From Rebecca billardiae RCC1528 (lineage: Eukaryota; Protista; Haptophyta), in NCBI GenBank assembly GCA_965240325.2, contig OZ251231.1:868001-932000 (forward strand): a stretch of DNA of 64,000 nt, written 5' to 3'. Positions 24,269 through 37,398 of this stretch are shown here, piece by piece. A program made the translations under genes and the position numbers. The notes beneath the pieces were generated by a model, which saw nothing but the letters and a program-made list of their open reading frames with translations, ran no database searches and had not been told where the DNA came from. Every line of letters starts with the position of its first letter. Within the stretch, counting starts at the first letter, position 1.

Positions 24269-25468
24269 CCAGACGACAACTTCGTTCGTCGGACGGCTGA
24301 CGGAGCACTACGACCTACGTTCCTGTAGTGTCTATGAGCCTGCATCCCCCTGTCATGTCGTACGACAGCATATTAACAACTCGATGATCGTTACTGCTGA
24401 GTTACTCTCACTCAAGCACTCCCGGCGCCGGGGTTATGCGGCGCGCGCCGCGCGCGGCTTGAATTTGCCGGAGCCCCCTGGCCGTTCATATCCTTACTCC
24501 GAAGTTATTCCTTATTAGATCGACCTTACGCGGGGCCCAGTCGGCCCGGGCAGAGACGACTATTGTTATTTGTTGGTCGGCCGCCTTATCTTATACGGTT
24601 AACAGCATTCGTAGAGTACATGCAGTAGTAGTATAGGTAATAATAGCAGACTACCGGGGTAGGTGCCGGTGGGCAGCCAGGGGCTGGCGGCAGCCGAGAG
24701 GGGCCGCTGTCCCCCGCCCCCGCTGCTTGCGAAGGCGGCGGGGGGGTGCGCTGCTTGCCTCCGCGGGCGAGCAACGCGCAGTTTACGCCGGGCATGTGGA
24801 CCTGCCCACCCTTCATCTTCCAGTTCTTCCCTTCGGCTGGGGCTCGATCAGTCGACGTGGCGTCGCTCACAGCGCAGGCAGGTGTTTGGCGCGGCTGCAC
24901 TCTCGAGGTGGCTGGGATACAACATCCAGGTGCAGCACCCTCCCCGTGTGGTGTCAGAGCGCGCTCCCGAGCGCGTGCCTCCGAGCGCGGGGCGGCCGCT
25001 TGCTGCAATGGCCGCCTCGATGAGGTGCGGCAACGCGCCCCTCACCTGCCTGCGCCGGTCTGTTTTGTGGCGGTGTCTTTGTGCAGTGTTGGATGGCGTT
25101 AATCACGCCTTAACCAAGTGTGCACGTTAAAACATAGTAAACTGTATTAGTATAGGCATCAGGTCAACACTCACTCACTCAGACTCAGTATGACATCACT
25201 CATACAATAACAGCCGGCGGTCAATCGTCGTCGCGGGGCCTGCGCGCTGCCACAGCCGGGCCGTGACCGTGTGCCACGGGCACGGCGCCACCCGCCGCCC
25301 GCCCGGGAGTGTGACCCGGCCCCGATCGGCCAATGTCTGCGATGACCCGCTATGGCCGCTCATCATCGACATCATGATTCATGACAAATAACGACTAATA
25401 ATAACTATTAAGTCCGATGAGGCATGGCCAGTGGACTCTGCTGAGTCTGACTCTGAAGCAGACGACTA

Positions 25469-25517
<49 letters not shown>

Positions 25518-25557
25518 CATATATATATATATGATACATATATATATTATAATTATA

Positions 25558-25827
25558 GCGCGCCCTCGCGCCCCGCCGCCGAGCGCGCGCTGCTCGGCAC
25601 CATGCGGCGCGAGCTGGGCATGCGCTGCCTGCGTGGCCAGGCCAAGATGCTCATCGCCCGCGCGCGCATGGCGCACGTGCGCCCGGGAGGCACGCGCCCG
25701 CGGGGGCGCTGCGTACGACGACTACTTCGAGACGACGGCTGACGACGCGTGGCACCGCGACCACCGCGGTGGCGCGCACGCGTCGACGGCAGACGGTGCG
25801 TCGAGCTTCCGCTCGGCGATGGAGTGA
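25558..25827 (+). pseudogene. Possible 3' fragment of a non-LTR retrotransposon ORF
   Basis: RRELGMRCLRGQAKMLIAR resembles the QRLSxALQRGNA C-terminal helix of RLE-type LINEs. Frameshifted and abutting a (TG)/(TA) microsatellite. Confidence 0.35.
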
Positions 25828-25966
25828 TTGATGGGCGACTACGAGGGGGGGGGGGAACGACGGCGAGGAGCGCTGATCCTGGTGTTTGTCTCTGCTGCTC
25901 GATCTGCTGCTTCAGCTTGCTGACTCTGACGCCTGCCCGTTGCATACCCGACGTCGTTAATATATC

Positions 25967-25971
<5 letters not shown>

Positions 25972-26050
<79 letters not shown>
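25972..26050. repeat. (AG)n microsatellite
   Basis: Directly visible. Confidence 0.98.
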
Positions 26051-26051
<1 letters not shown>

Positions 26052-26482
26052 ACGGATCGAGTTCATGCTGCAGCGCTTTGAGTTTCGGAAGCCCGGCGCT
26101 TTCGGCTTTGGCTTCATATATTATATTGATGATGCCGCCCGATCGGATATATTCTAGTCCGATTCTGACTGCTCGGATATAGCAGTATATAGCAGCAGGC
26201 TTCGTCGTCGTTATATATATCGAAGGCGCGCTGCTCATATATATATTAGCTCGGATATTAGATTGACTGCTCGGTACAGTACAGTGTTCACTCACAGTTC
26301 AGATGCCTCGGAGCAGCGGCCAGCGCGGCAGCGGGCCAGCGGCAGCATGCCAGATGCCAGCACCGAGCACGCGGCACGCGGCGCAGCCGCGGGCGCGGAG
26401 CACGGCCGCGGACGCCGCCGAAGACGCTAGACGACAAGCGCAACGTCGTACTCGTAGACGGTAGAGTAGTAGGTAGTAGTCA

Positions 26483-28926
26483 TCAACGCCGGCGGTATGT
26501 CACGGCATCTGTCGCCAATCCGACGCCTGCTGCCAATGCGGGTGCCGCTGGACCGAACGAGCCCGCGCGCCTGTCGTCTGGCGAGGCGCAGCCTGGGTGC
26601 CATCTGCCCGGCTGCCTGCTGGGCCCGGCGCCGCCATACTCGTACAGGTAGCGCCCAGGCCCAGGGGCCGATGAGTTGGTGCCGTGGTACTGACAGTACT
26701 GCGACGGCGCGGGGGCCTGGCGAAGCGGCTGCCCGATGGGCGCGTGGCGCGCGAGACCAGCCGCCGTGTCGTGCGACGCGCCGGGCCAGTCGGCCCCACG
26801 CAGATGCCGCGCGTGCGCGTGCTGCCCGGGCGAGTCGGGCGGCGCGCGCATGCCGTCGTGGCGGCGCGCGCTCGCCGCGGGGATGCGGACGGGCGTCGAG
26901 ACGTTGAACTCGACGGTCGAGGGCGCGGCGGAGCTCGGCGTGCCGCGCCGGCGCGCTCGCACGGGCGGCCGCGCGGAGTAGTGCGCGGCGGGCTGCGCGC
27001 CAGCCGCGCCGTGCCGCGGCGTGAGCTGCGCGCGCGCGGCCGCGTCCAGCGCCGCGCGGCTCTCTGGCCGCTGCAGCAGCCGCACGTCTGAGATCCTGTA
27101 TGCGTACTTGGTGCCCGCCTCGACGTGCGCGTGGAGCAGCCGGCCGAGGCTCTCCTCGTACGCGTCGAGCGCGCGTGCGCGCGCGCGCCGCGCCTCGGCG
27201 TCGGCCTCGGCGTCCGCGCGCGCGCGCTCCGTGTACGCGTCCCACCCGCCGGCCGCGGCCGGCGGCGGCGGCGCGGTGCGCGCCGACGCGGCCGAGCCTG
27301 ACGAGGGCGCGCGCGCGAACGGGCCGTTGAGGTTGGCGGCGGGGTAGCGGTGCGCGGTGACCGCCTCGACGTGGCGGGCGAGGCGCTCGCGCTCGGCCTC
27401 GAGCCGGCTGGACCAGCGCCGCCAGCTCGCGGCGAGGCTGAGCACGCGGCGCGCAGTGCGCGCGTCGGCCAGCAGCCGCTCGCCAGCGGCCGCGAGGCGC
27501 GCGCTGCGGGGCGGCGCGGGGCGGCGCGCGGCGCGCGGCGCGCGGCGCGCGGCGCGCGGCGGGGGATGGGGCGCGGCGTGGCGCGGGCAGGGCGAGCCGC
27601 CAGGCGCGCGTGAGCCATCGAGCCGCCGGGCAGGGCGCGCGCGCACGGCGCGCACGCGCGCGCGCCGAGCGCGCACAATGCGCGCAATGCAAACCAGTGC
27701 GTCGCGAGGCCGCGCAGCCGCCACCAGCCCGCGCCGTGCTGCGCGAGCGCGCGCGACTGTGCGACCAGCGCCACCCACCCGTCCCACGCGCTCCGCCGCC
27801 TCTGGGCCGCGCGCTCGACGCGCGCGAGCTGCTTGTAGTACGTCGGCAGCGCCGAGCGCCACGCGTGCTGCGCCAGCGCCAGCGCGCGCGCCTCCCCGTA
27901 CCGCGTGCCGATTGAGACGGTGCCCGTGGTGCGCGAGGCAGGGCCGGTGGCGTGCGCGCGGAGCGCGCGCACCGTGCGGCGCAGCGCGCGGCGGCGCCCG
28001 CCGGCGGAGGCCTGGTCGAGCATCGCGCCCACCACGTTGGCCACGCGCCACCGCGCCCACGCGCGCCGGCGCATCGCGCGCACGCCCACCCCCGCCGCGC
28101 GCTCGAGCAGCGCTGTCGCCTGGCCGAGTGCCGGCGTGGTCGCGCGCATCGCGCGCAGCGCGCGCGCGCGCTCGCCGCGCCACATCGCGCCGAGGGCGCG
28201 CTCGAGCAGCTCGTTCGAGATCGCCGTGGCATCAACGCGGGCGAAGGCGCGTACGGCCGAGGCGCGCGCGCGCCGATGCCGGATGGGCTTGCACCGCGCT
28301 AGCGCGTGCGCGCGCCATCGGCGCACGGCCGCGAGCTCGCCGGCGCGCAGGCGCGCACGCAGCCGCGCGTGCGACTCCGCCGCGCGCGCCGCCGCGCCGG
28401 CGTACGCCGAGAACGCGCGCCAAGCGGCGGGCAGTCGGCGCTGGCGCATGTGGCGGATCGCGTCGGCCGTCAGGAGCGCTTCGCGCGTCGCGCGCACCTC
28501 GGCGACCGTCGGCTGGCGGTGCGAGCGCAGTGAGGAGACGTAGGTGCCACTCACGGTCTGCTCCACACGCTCGCCGCGCCGCGCGGACGCTTGGGCGCCG
28601 GCAGCGGAGGTGCGCGCACCGGCCCGGCCGTGCGACCAGGTGTGCAGCTCGTGCTCTGCTTCGTCGCCAAGCCGGCGGGCCACGTGTATCGCGTCGCGAA
28701 GCGGGCCGAGCACGTTGTCCGACAGGCTGAGCAGAACCTCGCCCGTCATCGGCTCGACGTCCGCGGCGGGCGGGCCCGCGACGGCGGCGGCGGCGGTCGC
28801 GGGTCCGGGCTCGTGGATGACGCCGCTACCAGCGTCCGCCACTCGCCATCGCTCGCGCGTGGGCTCGTCTCGTTCGCCGTCCTCTTCGGCGGGCGCGCTC
28901 GGGGGCACACGGTCTGCGGCCGCCAT
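26483..28926 (-). CDS. Helical Trp/Arg-repeat protein, Sfi1 (centrin-binding)-like; exons 28926-27677 and 27503-26483
   Basis: Recurrent motifs AAWRAF, AVRRWRAH, RAWARWR, AWDGWV, SWRRWS. A GTGCGC..CAG intron (27676-27504) joins two long ORFs in frame. Confidence 0.5.
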
Positions 28927-28990
28927 GTTGGCCGTTTCGTCGAACCGGAGCAGTACTTCCGTTCGGCGTTTAGCGTTCGCCCTGTGCACG

Positions 28991-29755
28991 ATGGCGCCGG
29001 CCATGGGCCGGTGGCCAATCTGTGCTTTGGTGTGGTCCCTGGTCACGGCGGCGGGCGTTTCCGGCGCTTTGGGCGTGGGCCCCACGTCTTCACGTGTGAA
29101 GCTCTTGTCTCTTATCTCCCCGCTGCGTCCTGGCGGCGTCGGGGCCTCGGAAGAGCAGCGCGCCCAGATCGAGGAGGCAGCCTTCGAGCTTGAAAGGGAA
29201 ACGGGGCGCTTTCGCGCCCCAGCCGCCGAAGATGCCGACGCTGCGCTCACCGGTGCGTGGCGCGTGCTCTATGCCAACGCACCACCGCCAAGCAACGGCC
29301 AGCTCGGCCCCTGGGTCGGCTTGGCGTACCAGTGCATCTCTGCTCGCGACGGTGCTTACGAGAACCGACTTGGGGTCGGCGACGGTGATCGGCCGTGGCT
29401 GCGCGCCACACTCCGAGCGGACTGGGACGTCCTCGCCCCGGACGCGTGGAAAGTGCATTTCCGCGCGCTGCGCTTCGACGCGCGTCTCGGGCCGTGGCAG
29501 CTGCCGCCGTTCGAGAACGAATTTCCTGACGGCACGTCGCGCTACTGGCGGTTCAGTTACACGGATGATGACATCCGCCTCGTGCGCGCAGGGCAGGGCG
29601 ACGGCAAGGTGAGCACCACGGGCCAGCTCCTTCGCGTCAAAGGCAGCACCAGCTTCGACGATTGCCTCTTCGTGCTCCAGCGTGACGAGCATCCGCCGGC
29701 ATGGGCACGGCTTGAGCCGAGTGATGGGCTGATGGCGCCTGACACGGTGACCTGA
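28991..29755 (+). CDS. PAP/fibrillin-domain protein, likely plastid-targeted
   Basis: Signal peptide ICALVWSLVTAAGVSG; LTGAWRVLYA; SYTDDDIRLVRAG. Confidence 0.85.
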   Translation: MAPAMGRWPICALVWSLVTAAGVSGALGVGPTSSRVKLLSLISPLRPGGVGASEEQRAQIEEAAFELERETGRFRAPAAEDADAALTGAWRVLYANAPPPSNGQLGPWVGLAYQCISARDGAYENRLGVGDGDRPWLRATLRADWDVLAPDAWKVHFRALRFDARLGPWQLPPFENEFPDGTSRYWRFSYTDDDIRLVRAGQGDGKVSTTGQLLRVKGSTSFDDCLFVLQRDEHPPAWARLEPSDGLMAPDTVT

Positions 29756-31308
29756 CGCCGGGCGGCGGGGCCGCCTCCATGCCTCATACTTTGATCAGTA
29801 GACTTTACTTAGCTTAACAGTACAGTTACAGCTATATGGCGGGCCGTAGGTCCGCCCCTTGTAGTGCCCGGGAAAAAGATAAGAGAAAGAAAAAGAAAAA
29901 GAAAATCGCCTCGCCAAGAAAAGAAAATCGCTTCGCTCACTACCGGGCGCCCTCGCAGCTCCCACTGGGGACGCTCGGCCGAAAAAGGGTCGGCCATGGC
30001 GCGGAGCGCGTGGGCGGCGCGCGCCAAATCCAACGCCGGCGCGGACATCGCGCGATGATTCCCTAGACGGGTTTTCGCCCGATTCGCGATTGCTGCCCTC
30101 GTCGTCTCGCGTGCAGGTCGAACGGGGGCCAAAGTCGACGCGTTTCAGGAGGTACGCCCGGCGCGTCGACATGATCGTGCGACCTGGGGCGGTCCTCGCC
30201 CGACTTGCACGTCGAACGCTCGCACGGGCGATAGTATCAAGCGCTGCGCACGACAACCACCTCGCGCGATCCACTGCCGCGCGTCGGGCTCGGTGCGGAA
30301 AGGCCCTCATCACGAGGTGTCTCGCGGGCGGGAAGCGCCATCGCACGCGACGCAAGATTTGGCGCGGCCTTCTGAACTCGATCGCCGGAATCCGCGCACC
30401 GGACTGTCTGTCGCGGTTCCTCCCTCAGCCGAAGCCCACGTCCGGCCTGCATGGCGTCGACGGTGACCAATGCGACGGAAGCGCAGCGCCAACGGCGTAC
30501 GACGCGCAGCGGACGCACCTCCCGGGTCTGTCGCCGTGGCAGCAACCGCGTCTTCGCGAGTTGGCGACCCTCGCCGCAGCGCGACACAGACAAGCCCGTG
30601 ATGCCATCCGCAGAGAGATGAATCGTCGAGCATGCAACATCGACGCGCCATCCTCGTCCATGGCGCAGGCGCTGCGGGACGAGGCGGACGTCGTCACGCC
30701 GGTGACGGATGCGCTGCGATTCGTGTGCCTGCTCGAGCAGCTTGTGCCCACTCTTAATCGCGAGTGGCCCACGCTGTCGCTGTGCGCGCGCGCGCGCACA
30801 ACCAACAGCTCATCGTGCCGCCGAACACGCGGGCGCGGGACCTGTCGCACGAGACGAAGAGCGACGACCGCGTGAACGTCAACGCGCTCGTGCTCAGCGT
30901 GGTGGCCGTGCACGACGTCAACGCGACCTTCGCCGAGCCCATCATGCCCGGAGCGGACATCGGCATCCTCGCGATCTCGGCTGGCGGCAGGAGGACATGC
31001 AAACGATCTACTGAGTCATCTAGCTACTCTGGCGGCTTCGTCGGCGGAGAAACGCTACTCGATGACGCCATCGCGGTCGAGATGCGGCACATGCAGCGCG
31101 TACGCGCGCTCGCGCGGAGCAACGGGCCACCCGCCCCGCCCCGCGTGCTCCGTGGACGTGGGTGTGGGCCTCGCTGAGTCCGGGCGCACCGAAACGTCGG
31201 TACTCACGACTACGAGTGTCACGCGGGAGAACTTCAGGAGTCACTGGTCCGACCGTCCGTCACCCACTCTGAGCGAATATGTGGACGAAAGACGCGAACC
31301 CGGCCCAG

Positions 31309-31737
31309 CAGGGCTCAAAGATCCGGTGCTCGGTACGCGTACCGGTGCACCGGCGCCGCAGGCGGCGGTGTACCGGTACACCGGTGCGCACCGCGGGGGG
31401 GTCCGGGGGGGGTGTCCCCCCCGGGGCCCCGCCGGCCCGAGACGATGAAAAATTTTGGGCCTATTTACTGATAGAAACAGCCCAATTATTGGACGAAATA
31501 TCGGCGGCGTATTCGCCTCCCCTGAGAGTGCCAGCAGTGACTCCGACCTCGGAGTCCACTGACAAGTGACAGAGCTCTGCTCCGCGTACTCCGTACTCGC
31601 GGGTGCTGTGGTCCGGGCGCACACGCCCCCTCCCGGACTCTCACCGGTGCGCGGCAGTTTGTGGCGGTGCATACGGTTAGCACCGGTAGCACCGGTACGG
31701 TATTTACCGGTGTCCGGTGTACCGTCTTGGAGCCCTG
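31309..31737. mobile_element. hAT-like MITE
   Basis: TIRs CAGGGCTCAAAGA / TCTTGGAGCCCTG (12/13 match), many subterminal ACCGGT motifs and an internal G-run/C-run hairpin. No clean 8-bp TSD. Confidence 0.6.
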
Positions 31738-32528
31738 GAACCCGCAGAGAAATATTGCGACAGCACTGGCACGGCCCGCCGACCCCCCCGCCCGCCAGGG
31801 CACAGTTTATATATTTATGACATGCATGTTCATAATAACTGATGTTGTCAAGTTATTGTTGTCACGAGTTCGGACCGGTCCGTCGGAGGCCAAAAAAATT
31901 CATCAGCACGATGGAGTCCTCCGTGTTCGACTGTGACGACGCGTTCAAACACGTCGCGAGGCGTGAGAAGACGTCGATTACGTACTTCGATGAGGACTAC
32001 GTTACTTCGTCCGCCGCCCCGGAGATCTTTCGATTGGTACCCTCATCGCCCTCTGGCTCCCAGGGGTTCGTCTGAATGCACCCCGGACAGCACCCCCCCC
32101 CCATAGGGTCACTGGACGTCCCTGACCGTGGCTGTCAGAGCATGCGGCCATCAGGCTTCGAGTTCTTAGGCCGCCGAAGACCGGGCCTGATAATGATTAC
32201 ACGGAACTCGTGACTCAGTGATCCGGCGACCCCGCGTCCCCGCCCGCGGTCCCCGGGACTGGGAGGCCCCGGTTGTAAACTGCTCCGCGGGGGACCACTG
32301 AGTACTAGTCGTATTCGAGTGCTCAGCACAGTAGGAAGTTAGGACAGTCTAGTCATTAACTTGCACTACACTCGGCTCAGGCACCGATCTGCTTTCTGGC
32401 CTCAGACTCAGTACAGTTTACTAAGAATAAGCTGAGACGCACACAGCTGACTAGGCAGGCCGCAGGCGAGATTGCAGTACATAGTAATCATCAACGCTTG
32501 AACACGTAGAAATAATACCGCTGCATGA

Positions 32529-32534
<6 letters not shown>

Positions 32535-32598
<64 letters not shown>
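32535..32598. repeat. (TG)n microsatellite
   Basis: Directly visible. Confidence 0.98.
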
Positions 32599-32599
<1 letters not shown>

Positions 32600-33871
32600 C
32601 GGTATTCGTAGTTAAGGCCGGACTGCAACGGATTCCGTGGGACTGGGTGAGGATGCCCGGCTATGAGCTGGTTGGCGCTCAGCGCCGTCGCCGTCGTGCA
32701 CGATGTATAGCGGTTGCTCGCCGTCCGCCGCCGGTGCACGCCTCCGCCTCGGAGACCGAGTCCGAGCCGTATGTATGGCGTGTCCGCGGGCGCTTACACT
32801 TCACAGTCAGTCCGCGTTGTCGTGGACAGACGCGTGCCCGTGTCGGCTGCGCCGCGCACGGGCGCAGCGTGCACACAACAACTAGTCACCGAGTCGACGC
32901 CTCGGTGACCCCACCCCTTCATCTCGTGTAGGCTGTGAGACGTTGCGTGGTGAACCCATACGGTTTGAGTCTGACTGAGTCACCGGTGACCGTTCTGACC
33001 GTGTCCGTCACTCTCCTGTCTCAGCCTGACGCGCACGCGGCAAGACTCGCAGCTCAGCCAACTCCCTCGAGCGCGGTATCAAGTGCGATCGGCGATGCGG
33101 ACTTGCTGTGTGTAGAGAATGCACCTGCCATGCGACTGCACAGCCCAGGCGGGCGGGTTCCCGGTACGGCGACGATTGTGGCGAGGAGGAAGGAGCTCAT
33201 GAACAATGGGAGTGAATCTTGGAACATCACGTCATCAAGTCCGCATCATCAATTATTGCCCGCCACCGCGCCACGCCTACCTCAGATTCATTATGGAGAT
33301 TCTCCACCGAGATCTACATGACTCTGAGAGAAACAAATATGAGCTTGAGTACGTGCTGAAACGCCGGTTCGCGTACAGAGTCCACACTTATAGGTAGACG
33401 AAGCCAGTTGGAAAATAAGGTAAGAGCTTGTAATCAAGACCAAATAAGTCAAAACCTGGATGGATCGAATTTCATTTACCAAGGTCTATGATACGGATCA
33501 GTTTGTGTGCGACGAATAATTCGCGCGCCTGACCAGCTGCTCTCTATCTAATCGTCATCCTATTCTTACGTGTAACCGTACCTGTCAGTACCACGACAGA
33601 CGAATCAGGAGAGCTGCGCCCTCGTGTCTTTAGAATTAGTACGCTCATATCGGGCGCCCGAAGCGCTGCCCTCAGCTACCGCCCTTGCCTCCCGGTCACT
33701 ACGTCGCCTCGCCGAACCTGCTGAGTGCTGGGCAAAGAAAGTAAGGAAGTCGCGTGAGAGCGCCCGCCTGGCCACCTCACGGCGGGGAGGAGGTCCCCCG
33801 GCCTGGCCCCTCCGTCTGGGAGCACACCCCTACGTGGCCGGGACGCGAGGGAACCCCGGCGCCGAAATCAG

Positions 33872-34861
33872 ATGTCATCCGAGGGCCCTTTGCGATCCTC
33901 CCAGCTCCAGAAGCGGATCAAGTGGACGGCGGAGCTGCACGGCGCATTCGAGGCGGCCGTGAAGGAGCTCGGCGGGATCGAGCATGCCAAGCCAATGGCA
34001 ATCCTGAATCGCATGAACGTGCCTGGGCTGACGCGGGACCAGGTCAAGAGCCACCTGCAGACCTATGTTGGCCTCGAGAGGATCAAGATGAAGTTCTCGG
34101 CTCTCGCCGAGGCCGGTGGCACAACAATCCCCACTTCTCAAAATGCCGCTGCTTCTCTGGAAGTCCACGCTGCTGCCGCGTACGGGCACTGCCGCTGGGA
34201 GTGCCCAAGCGAAGACGACGAGCGCCATCGGAAGCAAGCGCGCTACGACGACGTCGCAGCCTTCTCACACCCCCACATTGCCCAGGTCTGCCCCCCGCCA
34301 GGCGTGCTCTGGTCCATGCACGAAGGGACGTCAGCCCCGACGCAGCGGCCGGCGTACGTTTCGATGGACGGTCAGGCTCTCACGTGGATGGACAATGGCG
34401 GGACGAAGCCGCCGCCGCCGCAGATGGTCCAGCCCGCCCCTTCAATGGAGCAGTGGTACGGCTACCAGGCGCCCCCCGTGCCCATGCACGACTGGCTCCC
34501 CTACCAGCCGTGCGCGCCCGTGCACTTCCAGCCGCCACCACAACAGCCGGCACAGCAGAGCACGACGCTGTGGCATACCAACAATACGCCCGACCAGCGC
34601 TACTACTATCCAACGCAGGTGATGACGCGGCCTCTGAGCCCGGCGATCGCGCTGGGCGGCCCACCACACGCTGACAGCCGTTCGTCTGCCTTAGGACCCG
34701 TGCCGTGGAGTTCTGAGTACGCGCGTCTCCCGGCGTCCGTCGCCATGGGCATGTACTCTGTCTCTGCCACCGGCGCTGCGCGCATCATGCCCGATGGCAC
34801 CTGCTGCTGGTCGGACCACAGTTTACAGTGGCCTGGTGGAGACATGCGCAGATCATATTGA
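33872..34861 (+). CDS. GARP/G2-like Myb transcription factor (SHLQKY class)
   Basis: RIKWTAELHGAFEAAVKELGGIEHAKPMAILNRMNVPGLTRDQVKSHLQTY followed by a P/Q-rich tail. Confidence 0.93.
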   Translation: MSSEGPLRSSQLQKRIKWTAELHGAFEAAVKELGGIEHAKPMAILNRMNVPGLTRDQVKSHLQTYVGLERIKMKFSALAEAGGTTIPTSQNAAASLEVHAAAAYGHCRWECPSEDDERHRKQARYDDVAAFSHPHIAQVCPPPGVLWSMHEGTSAPTQRPAYVSMDGQALTWMDNGGTKPPPPQMVQPAPSMEQWYGYQAPPVPMHDWLPYQPCAPVHFQPPPQQPAQQSTTLWHTNNTPDQRYYYPTQVMTRPLSPAIALGGPPHADSRSSALGPVPWSSEYARLPASVAMGMYSVSATGAARIMPDGTCCWSDHSLQWPGGDMRRSY

Positions 34862-37165
34862 CTGCGACGCAGCGACGAGTGGCCCACGAGCACACCGAGC
34901 GTACCTATAGTGTCAGATTAAAATATGTCAACAAACTCTAGCTGACTCTCGATCCGCGGCGTACGTCGAACTGCTGACGACAGTGACGTACAGTGTCAGT
35001 AGTCGGGACCCGGCGGCGGCGCGCGGCCCGCGTCGTCCCTTACCGCAGTCTGCTTCATCTATATCCGAAGCATATTTGGATGGGCGGCCGTGGGGGGGCA
35101 CTGGGCGCGCAGGTAGACGGCGCGAGTGGGCGCGCGCACGCTGGGGGGCATCTTTGGGACCATACCCATCGACGACCCGAGCCTCGCCGCCGCCGCCCTT
35201 CCCCTTCTCCCGTGCCACGGCGCCCAGACGGAGAGCCAAACGAGCGTTTATTGATTGAACGTGCCATCACGAAGCAGATTTGGAATGGTGCTCAAACCGC
35301 TGCGGAGGTGATCGTCAGGCTGCGGCGTGAGGCTGGGAGGGGTATCATAACATAATGGATGACGGTCGTCACCCGTGCGCCGGTCGGTAGGCTGCTACTC
35401 AGCGCCCGTAGGCTCGTACGCTGCACCTCGAGCTCAAGATCCCTCACCGTGGGCTCCGCGCGAGTGACACTGAGCACGAGGAGGGTGTACTTGCGAGGGG
35501 TACGCGCGTCGCGCCTGCGATCGACGCCAAGATAAGCAAAGGAGCGATACCAGTATACCACCGCTCCCGTCAAGCGCCTGCCTGACCTGTGAGCGGCGTA
35601 CACACCATGCGCGGCGTGCCGCAAGGAAGGAAGGAGCCCGAACCGTGTCTCAGCGTGTCCCGCGCGACTGGCTGGTGGGCGCTTTCAGCGTGATCGGTCA
35701 TGCGAACGCGCGCAGAGTAACGCGCGCAGTATGTACACTGTCTGCAATCATCCTGGTCGGTCGCCCACGTGCTTGAAGCAGCTGCAAGGAGTGCAGCCGG
35801 GTGTCGCTGGCCAGTCCGAGCGCCCGCCAGCACGACGGCAGCTCGGCGCCGCCGCGCATTGCCATCGTGGAGGCGTTGAAGCTGGATGGACCAGGCTGGC
35901 GGCTGTCTGAGGGTAGCTAGACCATACCTGGTCACTCTCAAGCCGTGATGATCGCCCAGGCGCGCGTGAGGGGGGGGGGGCGCAAGGCGCGCGCAGCGGC
36001 CGCCGTCAACTCTGACTTCCATACAGTTCTGCGGTAAAGTAAGGAGAGGGATACGTAAGCCTGACTGACTGACAAGTCAGACATGACAGATGGCGTCATG
36101 GCGATGCCGCCAGGGGCGGACGGGTCGGAGATGACGCCGGTGACGGGTGGGCCGGGCCATGTTGCGGCAGTCGCCATCTGTCATGTCTGATGTCAGTCGT
36201 CGGCGGTGGCACCGCAACTGTAGTATACGGCTATATAGATTGTGATTGACTCTCGTCACTATCTGACGACTACTCTGCTGACTCTGCGAATGATCAGATC
36301 GATAAAGTTCTACTCAATCGTCGACTGACGACTGACTCACCTACTACTTAGTCCGACGCAGCCAGTGCTCAGTCTACTGACTCGAGTCTAGCTCGCAGCA
36401 CTGCAACCTGGACTGAGGCACATTCCGCCACAAAAAAACCGGCCCACGTCGACCGCGAACCACGCGCCGTGCCTGCAACGATAGACTCATTGGTCTCGTT
36501 GTCTTGGTCGTGTGACACGTCCCATTTGGCGCCGAACGAACGGCCGAAGCGACCGAGCTGGGCCACAGATCGCCATGGTATCTTCATCAGCACGTATCCA
36601 TCGGCCATGCTGTCGTTCCGATCATCGTTGCCATTCATTCATCGAGCCACTGCAGTCACCATGAGAGGCAAAGAGGACGCGGTGGAGGAGGAGTCAACGC
36701 CGTGCCCATTAGCTGATAGGCAGGGCTGGGCCGAGCGTGCGTCGCGGGCCTGACAAGGTGTCGGCGAGACCTTCCTGCAACGACACTTCGGGTTGGCCAC
36801 AGCCGTTGGACCGTGGTCTACCTCACAGGGACCGTCACGACCGCGGCGGGGGCCATCCGCTGCTCTACAAACGTGCCTCGCGGCCAGATCGCGGCCACCA
36901 CGAACGTCGGCATGCAAGTTCAGAGCAGCAGCGGACGAGATCATGGCCAGCATGAAGTTCTCATGTCACCCACAGTGGGCCTACTCCTAGTGGCCGTGCG
37001 TGCGCACCATGCGCCGCTGCTCGCGCCACCATGAGCCTTGAGCGTGAGCATTGAGCGTGTCCTCGAGCCAGTCGGCTGTGGTCGGCACTGGTGAGCAGCA
37101 CCTCGCTTGCAAGTTCAATCAAGACAGTGGGGCCTTTTCAAGGAGATCGAGTTTAAAATCATAGA

Positions 37166-37398
37166 ATGAGTTGACCACCTTTGGCTACCGTGAGTCCTGA
37201 GTACTCCTGACCAGTGTCCCAGGACCACGTGCACTGTACATAGTTTTAACTGCAGAACATTCGCGTCGATCCACGCCGATCCCTCGAGCCCGGGACGCAC
37301 CTGACTCATGAGTTCACCACCTTTCGCTACCGTGAGTACTGCAGAACATTCGCGTCGATCCACGCCGATCCCTCGAGCCCGGGACGCACCTGACTCAT
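37166..37398. repeat. Local mosaic direct duplication
   Basis: TGCAGAACATTCGCGTCGATCC...GACTCAT at 37251 and 37340; ATGAGTT(G/C)ACCACCTTT at ~37166 and ~37308. Confidence 0.85.
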
